A stretch of DNA of 64,000 nt from Polyangiaceae bacterium (lineage in GTDB: Bacteria; Myxococcota_A; Polyangia; Polyangiales; Polyangiaceae): positions 416,001 through 480,000 of the forward strand of contig CBDCTZ010000015.1 of assembly GCA_965222375.1 (NCBI GenBank), given 5' to 3'. Position numbers and translations under genes: made by a program. The notes beneath the pieces were generated by a model. The model searched no databases. It was not told the origin of the DNA and worked only from the letters and a program-made list of their open reading frames with translations. Shown piece by piece: positions 1 to 10,143 of this stretch (its first letter is position 1; every line of letters starts with the position of its first letter).

Positions 1-650
1 GCGCCGCCATCCTTGACCATGACCGGCTCGTACAGCCAGCGCTGCTCAGGGCAGGCGCCCGCTGGCCATTCCACCCAATCGCCGGACTTATCCTGCGAGA
101 GTGCGTAGCGACAGCGGGTCGTGCGCTGCACGGGATGCGCAGCGCAGAACGCGTTGACGAAGATGCGTTTGGAGCCGTCATCAATGCCAACCAGCTGGTA
201 GCGATAGTCGAGAGGGCGTTTCGCGATCCGTGGTTCCTTTTGTTCGACGAGATCCCGAGCCGTATTCAGCTTGAACACATCCGCCAGGGTCGGCGTCCAG
301 TACGTTGTCCTCTTGTCGCCGAACAGATAGAACCGTGCCCCACTGGACGCCGGCACGACGGTCGCCTCGATGGGCGCCTGCCCGTTCTTGGCAAGCGAGT
401 CGTTGAAATACACGAAACCATCGCGCAGCGACTTCGCCCAGCCTGGTGAGAACTGCGGGTCAGCTTGGGGCTGGTTCGATTGAACCGGGGGGGCCGCGGC
501 CGGGCGTGCCCGAGCTGACTGAGCAGCGCTCATGGCAGTGGGCCGCGCCACCTGGCGTGGCTCCTTCGAGCAGCCTGAACCGACCAAGATCGCCGCGGCG
601 AGTAGGCCGAAGCCAGAACCAATCCACCCTCGCGGCACCCGACTGCGCAT
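1..650 (-). CDS. Hypothetical lipoprotein, partial (runs off the left edge)
   Basis: Manual translation from ATG at 650: MRSRVPRGWIGSGFGLLAAAILVGSGC (lipobox-like), then ...YWTPTLADV...YQLVG...IFVNAFC...VMVKDGG. Frame is open to the window edge. Confidence 0.65.
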   Translation of the reverse strand, partial: MRSRVPRGWIGSGFGLLAAAILVGSGCSKEPRQVARPTAMSAAQSARARPAAAPPVQSNQPQADPQFSPGWAKSLRDGFVYFNDSLAKNGQAPIEATVVPASSGARFYLFGDKRTTYWTPTLADVFKLNTARDLVEQKEPRIAKRPLDYRYQLVGIDDGSKRIFVNAFCAAHPVQRTTRCRYALSQDKSGDWVEWPAGACPEQRWLYEPVMVKDGG

Positions 651-711
651 GACCCATGCTCTACTCCAATCTCCCGCTGCGGCAACATCCGGCTGAAAGC
701 GCCAAGACGAC

Positions 712-732
712 TTATATGCACTGTGCATATAA
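712..732. promoter_or_regulatory. Perfect AT-rich palindrome between divergent genes (putative operator)
   Basis: TTATATGCAC-T-GTGCATATAA, with 10-bp perfect arms. Confidence 0.45.
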
Positions 733-775
733 ACGCTCCGTTGCGTCGAACCCGTGACTTGACTACGGATAGGCG

Positions 776-1246
776 ATGTCCCGCTTCTCCCCTGCCCTCG
801 CCGATACTCTGATTGCTGCCGGTTGGTCTGAAGGCCGCAACGCCGCTGAGCTCGTCGCTGGCTGGAAGAAGTCCCAGGCGGTGTTCGCCATGTCTGCAAG
901 CGTCGAGGGCGTCCTTTCGGAGTTCGGAGGGATCCGAGGTGAACATCCGGCCATCGCGGGAGCATCCGAGGTGGGCTACCGCGAAGGTCGACCCAAGCAG
1001 GGCTTCATCATCGATCCCGACGTGTGCACGATAGACAAGGCTGTATTCCAGGCGCTCTCCCAAGCGGCCGGGGAATCGGGAGTGTTCCCCCTCGGGAGTA
1101 TGTGCGCTGGCAACGTGTCCCTCGTCATAGGTGACAGTGGAGCTGTCTACGCCTTTGGCGCAATCCCGAACTGCTGCCTCGGGAAGAACATCGATGAAGC
1201 CCTCAATCGGATCGCTGTCGGGGAGCCCGGCATCGCGCTGTCCTAG
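776..1246 (+). CDS. SUKH-3 family immunity protein
   Basis: Pattern L-AAGWSEGR ... LSEFGGI ... FPLG ... LVIGDSGAVY ... LGKNIDEAL fits SUKH-3. Confidence 0.7.
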   Translation: MSRFSPALADTLIAAGWSEGRNAAELVAGWKKSQAVFAMSASVEGVLSEFGGIRGEHPAIAGASEVGYREGRPKQGFIIDPDVCTIDKAVFQALSQAAGESGVFPLGSMCAGNVSLVIGDSGAVYAFGAIPNCCLGKNIDEALNRIAVGEPGIALS

Positions 1247-1331
1247 CGCCCGAAACTCCAGGACAACCGCCACGAGCTCCACCGGGAGCCATGTTCAGTT
1301 TGGTTTTTGGGGGATGTGGCGGATTTGCGCG

Positions 1332-1622
1332 TCATCGATGGTTCTTCGAGTTCGCCCGCGAACCGAACAGCGATCCAAGGCGGAAATCTTCGTCGCTGGC
1401 TTCTTCGACCGTGCCGAACTTCGAGAGGCCAGCGGCGCATACGACCGCGTCGATCTCGCCCAGAGCTGAGAACAGGTCTTCGATGGACTTCTTCGAGGCA
1501 AGGTCGACCGTATGATCGCCCTCCTTCAGCCCGACCCGGACCACCTCGTGCTTGCCGCCGAGGCGATCTGCGATGGCTGATCCGATGGTTCCGTTAGCTC
1601 CAATGATGACGACCTTGCTCAT
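1332..1622 (-). pseudogene. Truncated short-chain dehydrogenase/reductase (N-terminal half only)
   Basis: GANGTIG Rossmann motif and DAVVCAAG are present. The ORF is only 96 aa and has no YxxxK catalytic region. Confidence 0.7.
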
Positions 1623-1707
1623 GGTGAATGCCCTTTCGTTATTGGACTCGAGAACAACAATAGGGACCGATCGCTTCTACGTAAGTGATAAAATCTTACT
1701 GCAATCA

Positions 1708-1722
1708 ATCAAAATATCTGAT
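1708..1722. promoter_or_regulatory. LysR-type T-N11-A box
   Basis: ATC-AAAATATCT-GAT in the AT-rich gap between the divergent SDR and LysR genes. Confidence 0.55.
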
Positions 1723-1736
1723 GCAATAAAGCCCGA

Positions 1737-2630
1737 GTGACGGCTAACGCAGATTTCACCTTGGACCAGCTGCGCGTGCTGGTCGCGATCGCCGACGAAG
1801 GCTCGTTCAAGAAGGCCGCGGAGTCCCTCGGGCGGGTGCAAGGGGCGGTCAGCTACAACGTCGACGCACTGGAGACGCAGCTCGGCATTGCCCTTTTCGA
1901 GAAGGTGGGCCGGCGCTTGGTCCTCACCGATGCGGGCCGAGGGATCCTTCGAGAGGCGCGCGGCGTTCTCGGCCAAGCGGACGAACTAGCCGCTCGCGCA
2001 CTGGAATTTGGGGGCGGGCTCGAGCCCTCGCTTTCGCTTTCTGTAGACGTGCTTTTTCCGCCAGACCTGCTGGCTCGAGCGATCACGCTTTTTCAAGAGG
2101 AGTTTCCGACGGTCCAGCTACATCTGGGCACGGGGATCTTGGGCCACGTTGTTCACCAGGTGATGACGGGGGCTGCTGACTTGGGCGTCAGCGGCACGGA
2201 AGACGTGCCCGCGTCTCTGTCTTGCACAGCGACCCGCTCAGTCGACCTGTGGTGTGTGGTGTCGCCTCGGCACCCACTCGCCCAAGTCAAGGGAAGCATT
2301 CGCGACGAGGAACTCGGAAAGCACGTTCACCTCGTCCTTTCTGACGGTTCCGACGCACGCAGCGCCTCCCTCGGCATTCACGCGCCCCGGCGCTGGAGCG
2401 TCGGTGATCTCGAAACACGTCTCTCGCTGCTAGTGGCCGGACTGGGTTGGTCGCGCATGCCCCACGAACGCATCATTACGCCTCTCAAGAAGAAGCAGCT
2501 GGTTCGGATCTTCCCCGCGCGCTGGGGAAAGCGGCCCTCGAAGGTGCAGCTGCGAGTGCTTCAGCGAAACGCCGAGCAGCTCGGGCCAGCTGGAAGTTGG
2601 CTCCATGGTCATTTCGCCGAGATGGCGTGA
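1737..2630 (+). CDS. LysR-family transcriptional regulator
   Basis: N-terminal HTH (TLDQLRVLVAIADEGSFKKAAESLGRVQGAVS...LETQLGIALF); 297 aa. Confidence 0.95.
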   Translation: MTANADFTLDQLRVLVAIADEGSFKKAAESLGRVQGAVSYNVDALETQLGIALFEKVGRRLVLTDAGRGILREARGVLGQADELAARALEFGGGLEPSLSLSVDVLFPPDLLARAITLFQEEFPTVQLHLGTGILGHVVHQVMTGAADLGVSGTEDVPASLSCTATRSVDLWCVVSPRHPLAQVKGSIRDEELGKHVHLVLSDGSDARSASLGIHAPRRWSVGDLETRLSLLVAGLGWSRMPHERIITPLKKKQLVRIFPARWGKRPSKVQLRVLQRNAEQLGPAGSWLHGHFAEMA

Positions 2631-2725
2631 ACGCTCAGCGCGGGCTCGTGGTGCAGCCAAACGCCATCGCCCAAGCGGCCGAGGAGAATGGAGTTTCCCC
2701 TCGGAAACATGTGCTCCTGGGGACC

Positions 2726-5700
2726 TCACTGGGGCAGCTGCACCCAAGAAGCGCCGAAGTCGCCGAGGGAGCAGAGCGCCTGGTCGCCCTGGATCGAAAC
2801 ATGCCGGACGGAATAACTGCCAAGCACTTGCTTTCCGACCACCTTGGGCGAGCTGGCTACACTGGCATCGAGCACGACGAGCCTCGCGGGGTAGCCGCCA
2901 GCCGCGACGAGTCGATGGCCATCTGCCACCATATGACTGGCGTAAAAGTAGTTGGCGTCCGTGTCTAGGGTGGCTTGGGCGAAGGTGATCTTACCGGTCT
3001 CGAGTCCAGAAAACACCATCATGGCGTCCCCATATGCGCCGCCGTAGCTGCCGCAGTCATGGCAGGAGTAGTTCGCGAATACGCGATCGGCGCCCACCGC
3101 CGTGTTGTAGAAAGAGTACCCGTGCGGCAATTCCTTCGCCGCGTTCTGTTTGGCGATACTCGTGCCTAGGGAAACGTGTTTGACGCTGCGCTTGATTCCA
3201 ACGCACTTCAAAGTGCTGCTGCCCGCGCCCCCGTAGCCGTAGTCTCCGTAGTACTTCGAGGGGTCGACCACGGCGCCGTAGCCCCATTTGTCCACGCAAT
3301 CTTGATACGAAAGGTGCTCTTTGACCTTCGCGTAGTCCAGGGTGAGGATCTTGTTACTCTGCGCGTTCGTCGCAAAAAGCGAGCCGGGTACGTTGACCGC
3401 AGCCTGACGCTTGGGCGTGCCCGTAACGTCAATTCGTTCCACGTAGAACCGAACCTTGCCCGGGGTGGTCGGGGACGGGATCCAACGGCTGAGAAGTAGC
3501 TGCGTACCCGCCACGTGCAGGCCAGTGAAACCCAGACTCTCCGGCAGCTCGATGCTCGTCAGCTTGGGTGCGCTAGGCGTCGTGAAGTCGACGACGTCAA
3601 TGATCGCTCCTCGAGGCTTGGCTGGGTCGAGGTACGGGTCGACGGCATCGTCCTTCGGACGCAGGAACGCCAACTTCGCGCCCGCACCAACCCAGCGGCT
3701 GCCGGTATCCACTACGTGGGAGCGACCGTAGTAGCCGTAGTAGTGTGGGTAATAGCCGCTGGGTTGCGCGCCCTCTAACGATGCCACGCCTTTCACCACG
3801 GCCTTGGGGCCCGAGATGTCGACGGCGGCAATCTTCGAAGTCGCACCCAACTGCAGCACAAAGACGGTCTGACCGTCAGAGTGGAGCTCGTAGCTGTGGC
3901 CGCCGTAGTAGTAGCTTTTGCAGTCCTCCTTGCTCTTGAAGACATCACGCAGTTCCAGACTGGATAGCGGCTGTGGGTCCTCCACATCCGAACGCTTCGT
4001 CACATCAAGGGTGGGGTTCGATGTCCACCAATTCGCGCCGAGACGCGCAACGCGATCACCCACGATTGCGGTCTTGCTGGTGATGCTCGCGAGGCGAACC
4101 TCGTCTTTGCTGGAAGGCGCATCGAGATTGCCGATGTCGAAGGACTCGACAGAGACGTCGGATACGGCAAGGAGCCGACTCTTGTGCAAGAGCGCACGCC
4201 TGGCTTGCCCCCGGGCTGGCGCGTTCCCACGCTTCTTCAAGGCGTTGTCGTCGAAGCTGACGATCTGCACTCCACTGTTCCAACTCGAACAGCCGTAACC
4301 GATGCCGTTGCCGTAGCTGCGTCCGCTATAGGGAACGAAAATCAGACCCAGGGCGTCGTAGATTGAAAACGCCTTGTGAATTCGGTCCTGGTCTTCGGCG
4401 AAGTTTCCCCAACCGTTGCCTCCAAAGTGCACGCGGCTGAGCATCTTCGGAGCGGTCATGTCCGCGACGTCGAAGAGGGAAACGTTGAGCGATCCGTCCT
4501 TGTTGCCCTGGTCGAAGCCAAGAGCAAGTAGCCGGTCACCGCGGGGTTCCATGTGATAAACCCAACCGGGGATCTCGAGCTCACCGAGCTGTTTGGGCGC
4601 GGTGGGATCGGAAAAGTCGATGGCGAATAGTGGGTCCGTTTGCCTGAAGGTAATAGCGTAGGCGCGGTCACCATCGAAGCGGGCGCTTCTTAACCGCTCC
4701 GGTTCCGGCAACACCATCTTCACATCAGCGACCTTCAAAACGGAGTTCGACGATTGGATCTGATACGTCGAAAGATGTGGGGGCTCGCCAATGCTCCAAA
4801 CTCCGGGCTGACTGATGACCCTCAAGTAGCCGTCCTTTTCGTCGAGCTGCCAGCGGCTCTCGATCATGCCCTCGGCCTCGAAGTTGGCGCCCGCAACCAG
4901 CTTTCCGGAAGGGTCTGAAATGTCAACGATCTGAATGCTGGATGCGTTCTTCCCGTTCCACTCTCGCCCTGCGATGTACATGCGATCTTGGTTGACCATC
5001 ACGCTGCGTTTGCCCCAGCTGTAGCTCTTCTTCGCAGCAGAGAACGCCAACTCGTCCACTTTCTGGACTTGGGTCGGGTTGGTCAGGTTCAGGGAGAGGA
5101 CGGTCGTGCTCTCCGTCTCACGGCACTTGTAGCAATACCCGTTTTCGTAGCTGACGACGTACAGGACCTCGCCCACCTTGCGTGAATCACTGATCTCACC
5201 GGGGATCGTGAATTCTGTGAGTTTCTTGATTGCAGCAGGCGCACTCGCGTCCAGCGTCACGATTCCGCTGGTTTGTTCCGAAGCCCATCCGGATCCGGAT
5301 TGCTTGTACACCGGGATCGACGAGTACATGGCGTGGACCACGCCAGCCTTCACGTACATTTCGAAGGGCATTCCGGCGAAGCGAAAACGGCCGAGCACCT
5401 TCATCGCGTCGGGATTGGCGACGTCGATGACCGAGAGCCCCGAGTACTGCGAAAGGGCATACAAGCGGCTCTCCTCGATTTGGATGATGTCAGCTTCTTC
5501 AATGGTCTTTTGGGCGTCGCCGCCGCCGCTGCCTCCTGTCGCTCCCGCACCGCCCGTACCGGCGCCGGCAGCACCTCCGGATCCCGCACCTGCGTCGGCT
5601 GAGATTCCTCCTCCTGCGCCTTGGTTGTTCGGAGGGTCGGACTCGAACACTCCAGGGTCCCCAGGTGCCGGAACGTCGTCGGCGCCGTCCCCAACGCCGC

Positions 5701-5761
5701 AGCCAACCAGCACGCAAGCCGCTAGCAGGGTTGCAAAGAAATGAAGAGCAGATGAGCGCAT
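2726..5761 (-). CDS. Secreted beta-propeller domain lipoprotein (Beta_propel-like)
   Basis: Lipobox VLVGC, Gly-rich linker, EEADII motif and TFRQTDPLFAIDFSDPTAPKQLGELEIPG motif. Confidence 0.85.
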   Translation of the reverse strand: MRSSALHFFATLLAACVLVGCGVGDGADDVPAPGDPGVFESDPPNNQGAGGGISADAGAGSGGAAGAGTGGAGATGGSGGGDAQKTIEEADIIQIEESRLYALSQYSGLSVIDVANPDAMKVLGRFRFAGMPFEMYVKAGVVHAMYSSIPVYKQSGSGWASEQTSGIVTLDASAPAAIKKLTEFTIPGEISDSRKVGEVLYVVSYENGYCYKCRETESTTVLSLNLTNPTQVQKVDELAFSAAKKSYSWGKRSVMVNQDRMYIAGREWNGKNASSIQIVDISDPSGKLVAGANFEAEGMIESRWQLDEKDGYLRVISQPGVWSIGEPPHLSTYQIQSSNSVLKVADVKMVLPEPERLRSARFDGDRAYAITFRQTDPLFAIDFSDPTAPKQLGELEIPGWVYHMEPRGDRLLALGFDQGNKDGSLNVSLFDVADMTAPKMLSRVHFGGNGWGNFAEDQDRIHKAFSIYDALGLIFVPYSGRSYGNGIGYGCSSWNSGVQIVSFDDNALKKRGNAPARGQARRALLHKSRLLAVSDVSVESFDIGNLDAPSSKDEVRLASITSKTAIVGDRVARLGANWWTSNPTLDVTKRSDVEDPQPLSSLELRDVFKSKEDCKSYYYGGHSYELHSDGQTVFVLQLGATSKIAAVDISGPKAVVKGVASLEGAQPSGYYPHYYGYYGRSHVVDTGSRWVGAGAKLAFLRPKDDAVDPYLDPAKPRGAIIDVVDFTTPSAPKLTSIELPESLGFTGLHVAGTQLLLSRWIPSPTTPGKVRFYVERIDVTGTPKRQAAVNVPGSLFATNAQSNKILTLDYAKVKEHLSYQDCVDKWGYGAVVDPSKYYGDYGYGGAGSSTLKCVGIKRSVKHVSLGTSIAKQNAAKELPHGYSFYNTAVGADRVFANYSCHDCGSYGGAYGDAMMVFSGLETGKITFAQATLDTDANYFYASHMVADGHRLVAAGGYPARLVVLDASVASSPKVVGKQVLGSYSVRHVSIQGDQALCSLGDFGASWVQLPQ

Positions 5762-5785
5762 GGCGTATCCTCCGCCGCGCCATAG

Positions 5786-5801
5786 AGCACTGGCCGTGCC
5801 A
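5786..5801 (-). promoter_or_regulatory. Sigma54 (-24/-12) promoter
   Basis: Minus strand reads TGGCACG-GCCA-GTGCT, followed by a GGAGGA RBS and the ATG at 5761. Confidence 0.65.
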
Positions 5802-5941
5802 GTTGATCGGAGTCAATCTGACTGCCGAGTCCCGGTAATTCCACGCCTTAGCGCCGCGACGCTTGGCACGCTTTGGCACGCTTTGGCATTCGGGGGCGAC
5901 GTCAGGTCCATGGCAATCTGTGCCGCGCGTGGAACCTGAGC

Positions 5942-7054
5942 TCAAAGCGCTTCGATGTCGACCCATACCGGAAAGTGGTCACTGGGTACGTTCGGCAACT
6001 CGTTGAGTACGCCGCGGCCTACGACGCGTACCGAGCGGAGGTAGGTGAAGTCAATTTGGTAGTTCAAGTTGGGACGAGTGCGACGTTCGGGCTGGGGCAT
6101 GTCGCCGTGCGGGTTTTCGAAGCAGGCCTCGGTCATCAGATCGAATAGGGCCGCGTCGGGAACCGGATTGCCGAGATCTGGAAACACGTTGAAGTCTCCG
6201 GCAATGCAGGCCGCGCGTCGTGGCAGTCCGTCGATGAGGCTCACGATTTCGCCGACTTGCGCCGCGCGCTCCGACGCCTGAGAGCGGTTTTCCAGGTGTG
6301 AGGACGCGACGTGCAGCAAGGACTTGCCGAAGCGCAGGTCCGCGCCGACGAAAGAGCGGCGCCCGGTGCGAACTTCATCCTTGTCCAGGGACCAGTCGTA
6401 GGGGGCGAACAGCCCGTCGCGCTCCAAGGAGCCCACATTGTGGAAGGCGTGGACCGGGTTGCCCAGGGGGTAGCGTGACAGAACGGCGTTACCTTCTTCG
6501 CAACCACCTTGGCTGTGCTCGACGAACTCGACCCCAAAGACCCAGTCCATGCCCCAGCGTTCGGCCAGAGTGCGTGCCTCGTCCACTTGATTGGAGCGAT
6601 CGCAACCGCGGTCGACCTCAACCAGGAGCAGTACGTCCGCCTTGCTGGCAATGGGGTCTTTCTCGAGCACATCAATGATGCCAGAAAGCTCCGTGCCGAA
6701 CTTGATGTTCCACTCCAGGATGCGCAGACGAGTCGGCGGGGGAGCGGTCTCATCGGCCTTTGCGCCGAGGCCGGACGCCATGTCGCAATGCAGGTCCCAG
6801 GGGTTGGCCAGCTCCGACGGCAGCTTGCTGCCCTCGACGCAGAGCCGCACCTGTGTCGGCTCATCCTTGGCGTGCGCACCGTCAATACGGGAAAAGGCAG
6901 CGTCCTTGGGAGTGGTTATGATGGGGCCGCAACGTTCTGGCGCCGGCTTCGCAGGTTCGTCGTCGCTGCTGCAGGCGGCGAGCAGCAGCGCCATGGCTCC
7001 GGGTCCGATCACCGAGCGGCAAGAAACCGGACGCGCCATCTTTCGCGAAGGCAT
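5942..7054 (-). CDS. Endonuclease/exonuclease/phosphatase family lipoprotein
   Basis: WNIK, LLVEVD, GNAVLSRYP, HLEN, AGDFN, IDF and SDHFPV motifs; LLLAAC lipobox. Start is uncertain. Confidence 0.85.
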   Translation of the reverse strand: MPSRKMARPVSCRSVIGPGAMALLLAACSSDDEPAKPAPERCGPIITTPKDAAFSRIDGAHAKDEPTQVRLCVEGSKLPSELANPWDLHCDMASGLGAKADETAPPPTRLRILEWNIKFGTELSGIIDVLEKDPIASKADVLLLVEVDRGCDRSNQVDEARTLAERWGMDWVFGVEFVEHSQGGCEEGNAVLSRYPLGNPVHAFHNVGSLERDGLFAPYDWSLDKDEVRTGRRSFVGADLRFGKSLLHVASSHLENRSQASERAAQVGEIVSLIDGLPRRAACIAGDFNVFPDLGNPVPDAALFDLMTEACFENPHGDMPQPERRTRPNLNYQIDFTYLRSVRVVGRGVLNELPNVPSDHFPVWVDIEAL

Positions 7055-7339
7055 CACGTCGACAAGGGTAAGCGTTTTGTGCAGACGCGAACATGGCCAG
7101 CTGGCCGCTTCCCGTTGAACGCTAGGCCGCCGTTGACAGCGGCGAGCAAGCGGGCACCGCACCGACCAGAGCGCCCAGGGGTCGACCGTGGCCCGGATCG
7201 AGAGACGTGGCCCGGATCGACCCATCGAACCGACCCCAAAACAAGATGCCTAAATGGACGATGCCATGGGAAACGTCGCCCGAGGCGAGCGCGCCCTAGA
7301 GCTGGACGACGCCGAACAAAAGCTCCGATTGACGGTGCT

Positions 7340-9622
7340 ATGCTCCTCGCGATGCGGCGCTGGGGAGTTCTCGTGGTGACGGTCACGCTGGTCGGGTGCG
7401 GCGACGGTGAGAGCGATGAATTCGTCGCGGATGAACCCATGCCGGAGCGAGTCGACTTGTTCTCGGCCATCGACCCTCGCATTGGCACTGGCGGAATTGG
7501 GTTCGGGGTCGGTTCGACGTACCCGGGGCCAGCGCTGCCCTTTGCGATGATTCATCCGAGCCCGGACACTCGCACCCAAAACGGCGCGCTGAGTTTCTAC
7601 CACTGCGCCGGCTACTACGCCGACGACCCGATCATCGGCGGGTTTTCATTGTTGCACTTTGAGGGCACCGGCGTGCCAGATTACGGCACCGTTGGCCTGA
7701 TGCCGACGCTGGACATGACGGAGGCCAAGCGCGCTCAGGTCGGACACATGCGCGCCTTCGACAAGGAGAGCGAAGTCGCACTGCCCGGGTACTACTCGGT
7801 GACCCTGGACGACGGGATCAAGGTCGAGATCACTTCAGCACGACGAGCCGCGTTGTTCCGCTTCACGTTTCCGAGCAGCGGACAGCCCGTCTTGCTGCTC
7901 GACTTGACTCACCGCCTCGAGGGCACGATCCCCGCTGCAGATATCAGCCTCGATCCGCAAGGCAGCTTTGACGCTCACGTTCGGCACATGGGCAATATGA
8001 GCGGTGGCGCGGGCGGCTACGATGTGTATTCCCGAGGCATCGTCGACGTGAAACCGGCGAAGCTGGGCACCTTCGATGGCACAGGCCTCGCGGCGGGCAG
8101 CATGAGTGTGGCGGGAGATCCCAGCGGCACGTCTGGCGGGAGCCCCGGCGCGGAATCGCCCCTGGGCGCCTGGCTCGAGTTTCCACCGGGCACGAAGGAA
8201 GTCACGTTGCGAGTGAGCGTGAGCTTCGTGGACGCGAGCGGGGCCAGGAAGAACCTGGACGCCGAGGCGCCCGACTTCGATTTTGCGAAGATGCGCACTG
8301 CCGCCGAGAACACCTGGCGAAGCGTGATGGATCGCGTGGAGATCCATGGCGCCAACGACTACGACACTACGCTGCAGGCGACGGCGCTGTACCACTCGGC
8401 ACTCATGCCCACGCTGACGAGCGACGTGGATGGGCGCTTCATCAACGCCATGGGCGATGTCAGCACCGGTGAGCGCGAGCGCTACAACGATTTCTCGCTC
8501 TGGGACACCTACCGCACCCTGCACCCATGGTGGATGCTGCTCGAAGACGAACGCAACGAAGCGTTCGTGGCGTCTCTCGTGGACATGGCTGCTGAGGGGG
8601 GCGCGGTGCCCGTGTGGGGGATCGGTCACGGGGATTCGAAGACCATGATTGGCTCACCGGGCGAAATCGTGCTCAGTGAAGCGGCCCAGAAGGGCGTACC
8701 CTTCGACGACGAACAGGCGGCCTACGCGCTGGCACGAGTCGCGGCTTACGCTGCGTCCCCAGGCCCAGTGGGTGGACGCGACGCAGACTTGCCGGAGTAC
8801 TTGAAGCTTGGCTATGTACCGCAGGAAGCCACGAACGGCTCCGTCTCGAAAACACAGGAGTACGCGGTCGCCGACGCAGCACTAGCCCAATGGGCGAAGC
8901 GGCTCGGCATCGACGCGGATGCAGAAGAGCTGGGCACGCGCGGTAAGAACTATGCGGCGGTCTACGATTCTGAAACGGGCTTCTTCAGCGCCCGGCGGGC
9001 GGACGGCAGCTTTGCACCCATGGGCGCCCCCGGCGACATGAGCGACCACTATGTCGAGGGCAACGCTTGGCATTACTTGTGGATGGCGCCGCATGATCCC
9101 GATGGCCTAGCGGAAACCCTCGGCGGCATGGCGGTAGCCTTGGAGCGCTTGCGGGAGTTCTTCGCCGAGTCCAAAGAGGAAACGGCTCTGATTGGCGTGC
9201 GTAAACACTACTGGCCATCGAATGAGCCGGACATCAATGCGCCGTTCTTGTTTGCAGCCTGGGGCAGCCCCCACGAAACCTACGACGCCGTGGATTGGAT
9301 CGTCAGCGAGCTCTATGGCGTTGGCGTCGACGGAATTCCCGGAAACGACGACGGCGGCACGATGAGCGCATGGCTACTGCTCGCAGGCGCCGGGCTCTAT
9401 CCCGTATCGGGCACGGACCGCTACATCGTTTCGGTACCACGCTACCGGCGCATGGTGCTGAAGCGCGCGGGTGGGGATCTCGTGATTGAAACGAACCGCG
9501 CGCCCGCCGTGGGTCTGAAAGTGAAGCGTGTTAGCATCGACGGCAAGCGGGTGAGAGGCACGACCGTAACCCACGGCGAGCTTTCTGGTTCGCGGTTATT
9601 GCGGGTTGAACTCAGTAAGTAG
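7340..9622 (+). CDS. GH92 alpha-1,2-mannosidase-like lipoprotein
   Basis: DPRIGT, PGPALPF..SPDT, SLWDTYRTLHP, YVEGNAWHY, NEPD and PGNDDGGTMSAW motifs. True start is near 7340/7352, not 6509. Confidence 0.9.
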   Translation: MLLAMRRWGVLVVTVTLVGCGDGESDEFVADEPMPERVDLFSAIDPRIGTGGIGFGVGSTYPGPALPFAMIHPSPDTRTQNGALSFYHCAGYYADDPIIGGFSLLHFEGTGVPDYGTVGLMPTLDMTEAKRAQVGHMRAFDKESEVALPGYYSVTLDDGIKVEITSARRAALFRFTFPSSGQPVLLLDLTHRLEGTIPAADISLDPQGSFDAHVRHMGNMSGGAGGYDVYSRGIVDVKPAKLGTFDGTGLAAGSMSVAGDPSGTSGGSPGAESPLGAWLEFPPGTKEVTLRVSVSFVDASGARKNLDAEAPDFDFAKMRTAAENTWRSVMDRVEIHGANDYDTTLQATALYHSALMPTLTSDVDGRFINAMGDVSTGERERYNDFSLWDTYRTLHPWWMLLEDERNEAFVASLVDMAAEGGAVPVWGIGHGDSKTMIGSPGEIVLSEAAQKGVPFDDEQAAYALARVAAYAASPGPVGGRDADLPEYLKLGYVPQEATNGSVSKTQEYAVADAALAQWAKRLGIDADAEELGTRGKNYAAVYDSETGFFSARRADGSFAPMGAPGDMSDHYVEGNAWHYLWMAPHDPDGLAETLGGMAVALERLREFFAESKEETALIGVRKHYWPSNEPDINAPFLFAAWGSPHETYDAVDWIVSELYGVGVDGIPGNDDGGTMSAWLLLAGAGLYPVSGTDRYIVSVPRYRRMVLKRAGGDLVIETNRAPAVGLKVKRVSIDGKRVRGTTVTHGELSGSRLLRVELSK

Positions 9623-9639
9623 CGCACGACGGGCAAGGT

Positions 9640-10056
9640 ATGCGAGTCAACAACATTGCGATAGTGGCAGCGCTTGGCGCCATCGTCATCGTTTGTGGCG
9701 TCTTGGGCTTGCTGCTGTTCAACCTGCCAAGCGCGAGCGACGAAGTGCGCCCCGCCGCAACGCGCTTCTTGACCGAAGTTCGCAGTGGACAACGCGAGGC
9801 ATATACGACAGCAGCGAGAGAGTTCGACCCGACGTCCGCGTCGTCCAAGCCGGTGCTGGAGTGGATTCGCGAAAGCTCGGGCGTTGACTTCAGAAACGCG
9901 TCCATCGGTTCGGGCAGGGCCTGCATGACGGCTGATTTGCTGCCAGGCAAGACCCATTTCGCCATGCGCCTCGTGCGCGAAGCAGATCAATGGAAGGTTG
10001 CAGAGATCGCCAACCGCCCCGAGGCAATCAAGACGTGCGAGAACGTCGATCGTTGA
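9640..10056 (+). CDS. Hypothetical membrane-anchored protein
   Basis: N-terminal hydrophobic helix; follows the GH92 gene on the same strand. Confidence 0.6.
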   Translation: MRVNNIAIVAALGAIVIVCGVLGLLLFNLPSASDEVRPAATRFLTEVRSGQREAYTTAAREFDPTSASSKPVLEWIRESSGVDFRNASIGSGRACMTADLLPGKTHFAMRLVREADQWKVAEIANRPEAIKTCENVDR

Positions 10057-10143
10057 CCCCACACTGGCTCCCCGATTCCAGCCGGACTCCGTGTTGAACC
10101 CGGCGATTGGGCGCCCTGGGGACCATGTCCGAATCCGGCTCAT

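Noticed and set aside
676..746. Integron attC site around the palindrome
   Set aside because: The ends do not fit RYYYAAC/GTTRRRY, and there is no integron integrase or cassette array.
5863..5890. TTGGCACGCT tandem repeats as a plus-strand sigma54 promoter
   Set aside because: No correctly spaced -12 GC, and no plus-strand gene follows.
6509..7339. Long N-terminal extension of the GH92 ORF
   Set aside because: It overlaps the opposite-strand EEP gene; the signal peptide begins at ~7340-7352.
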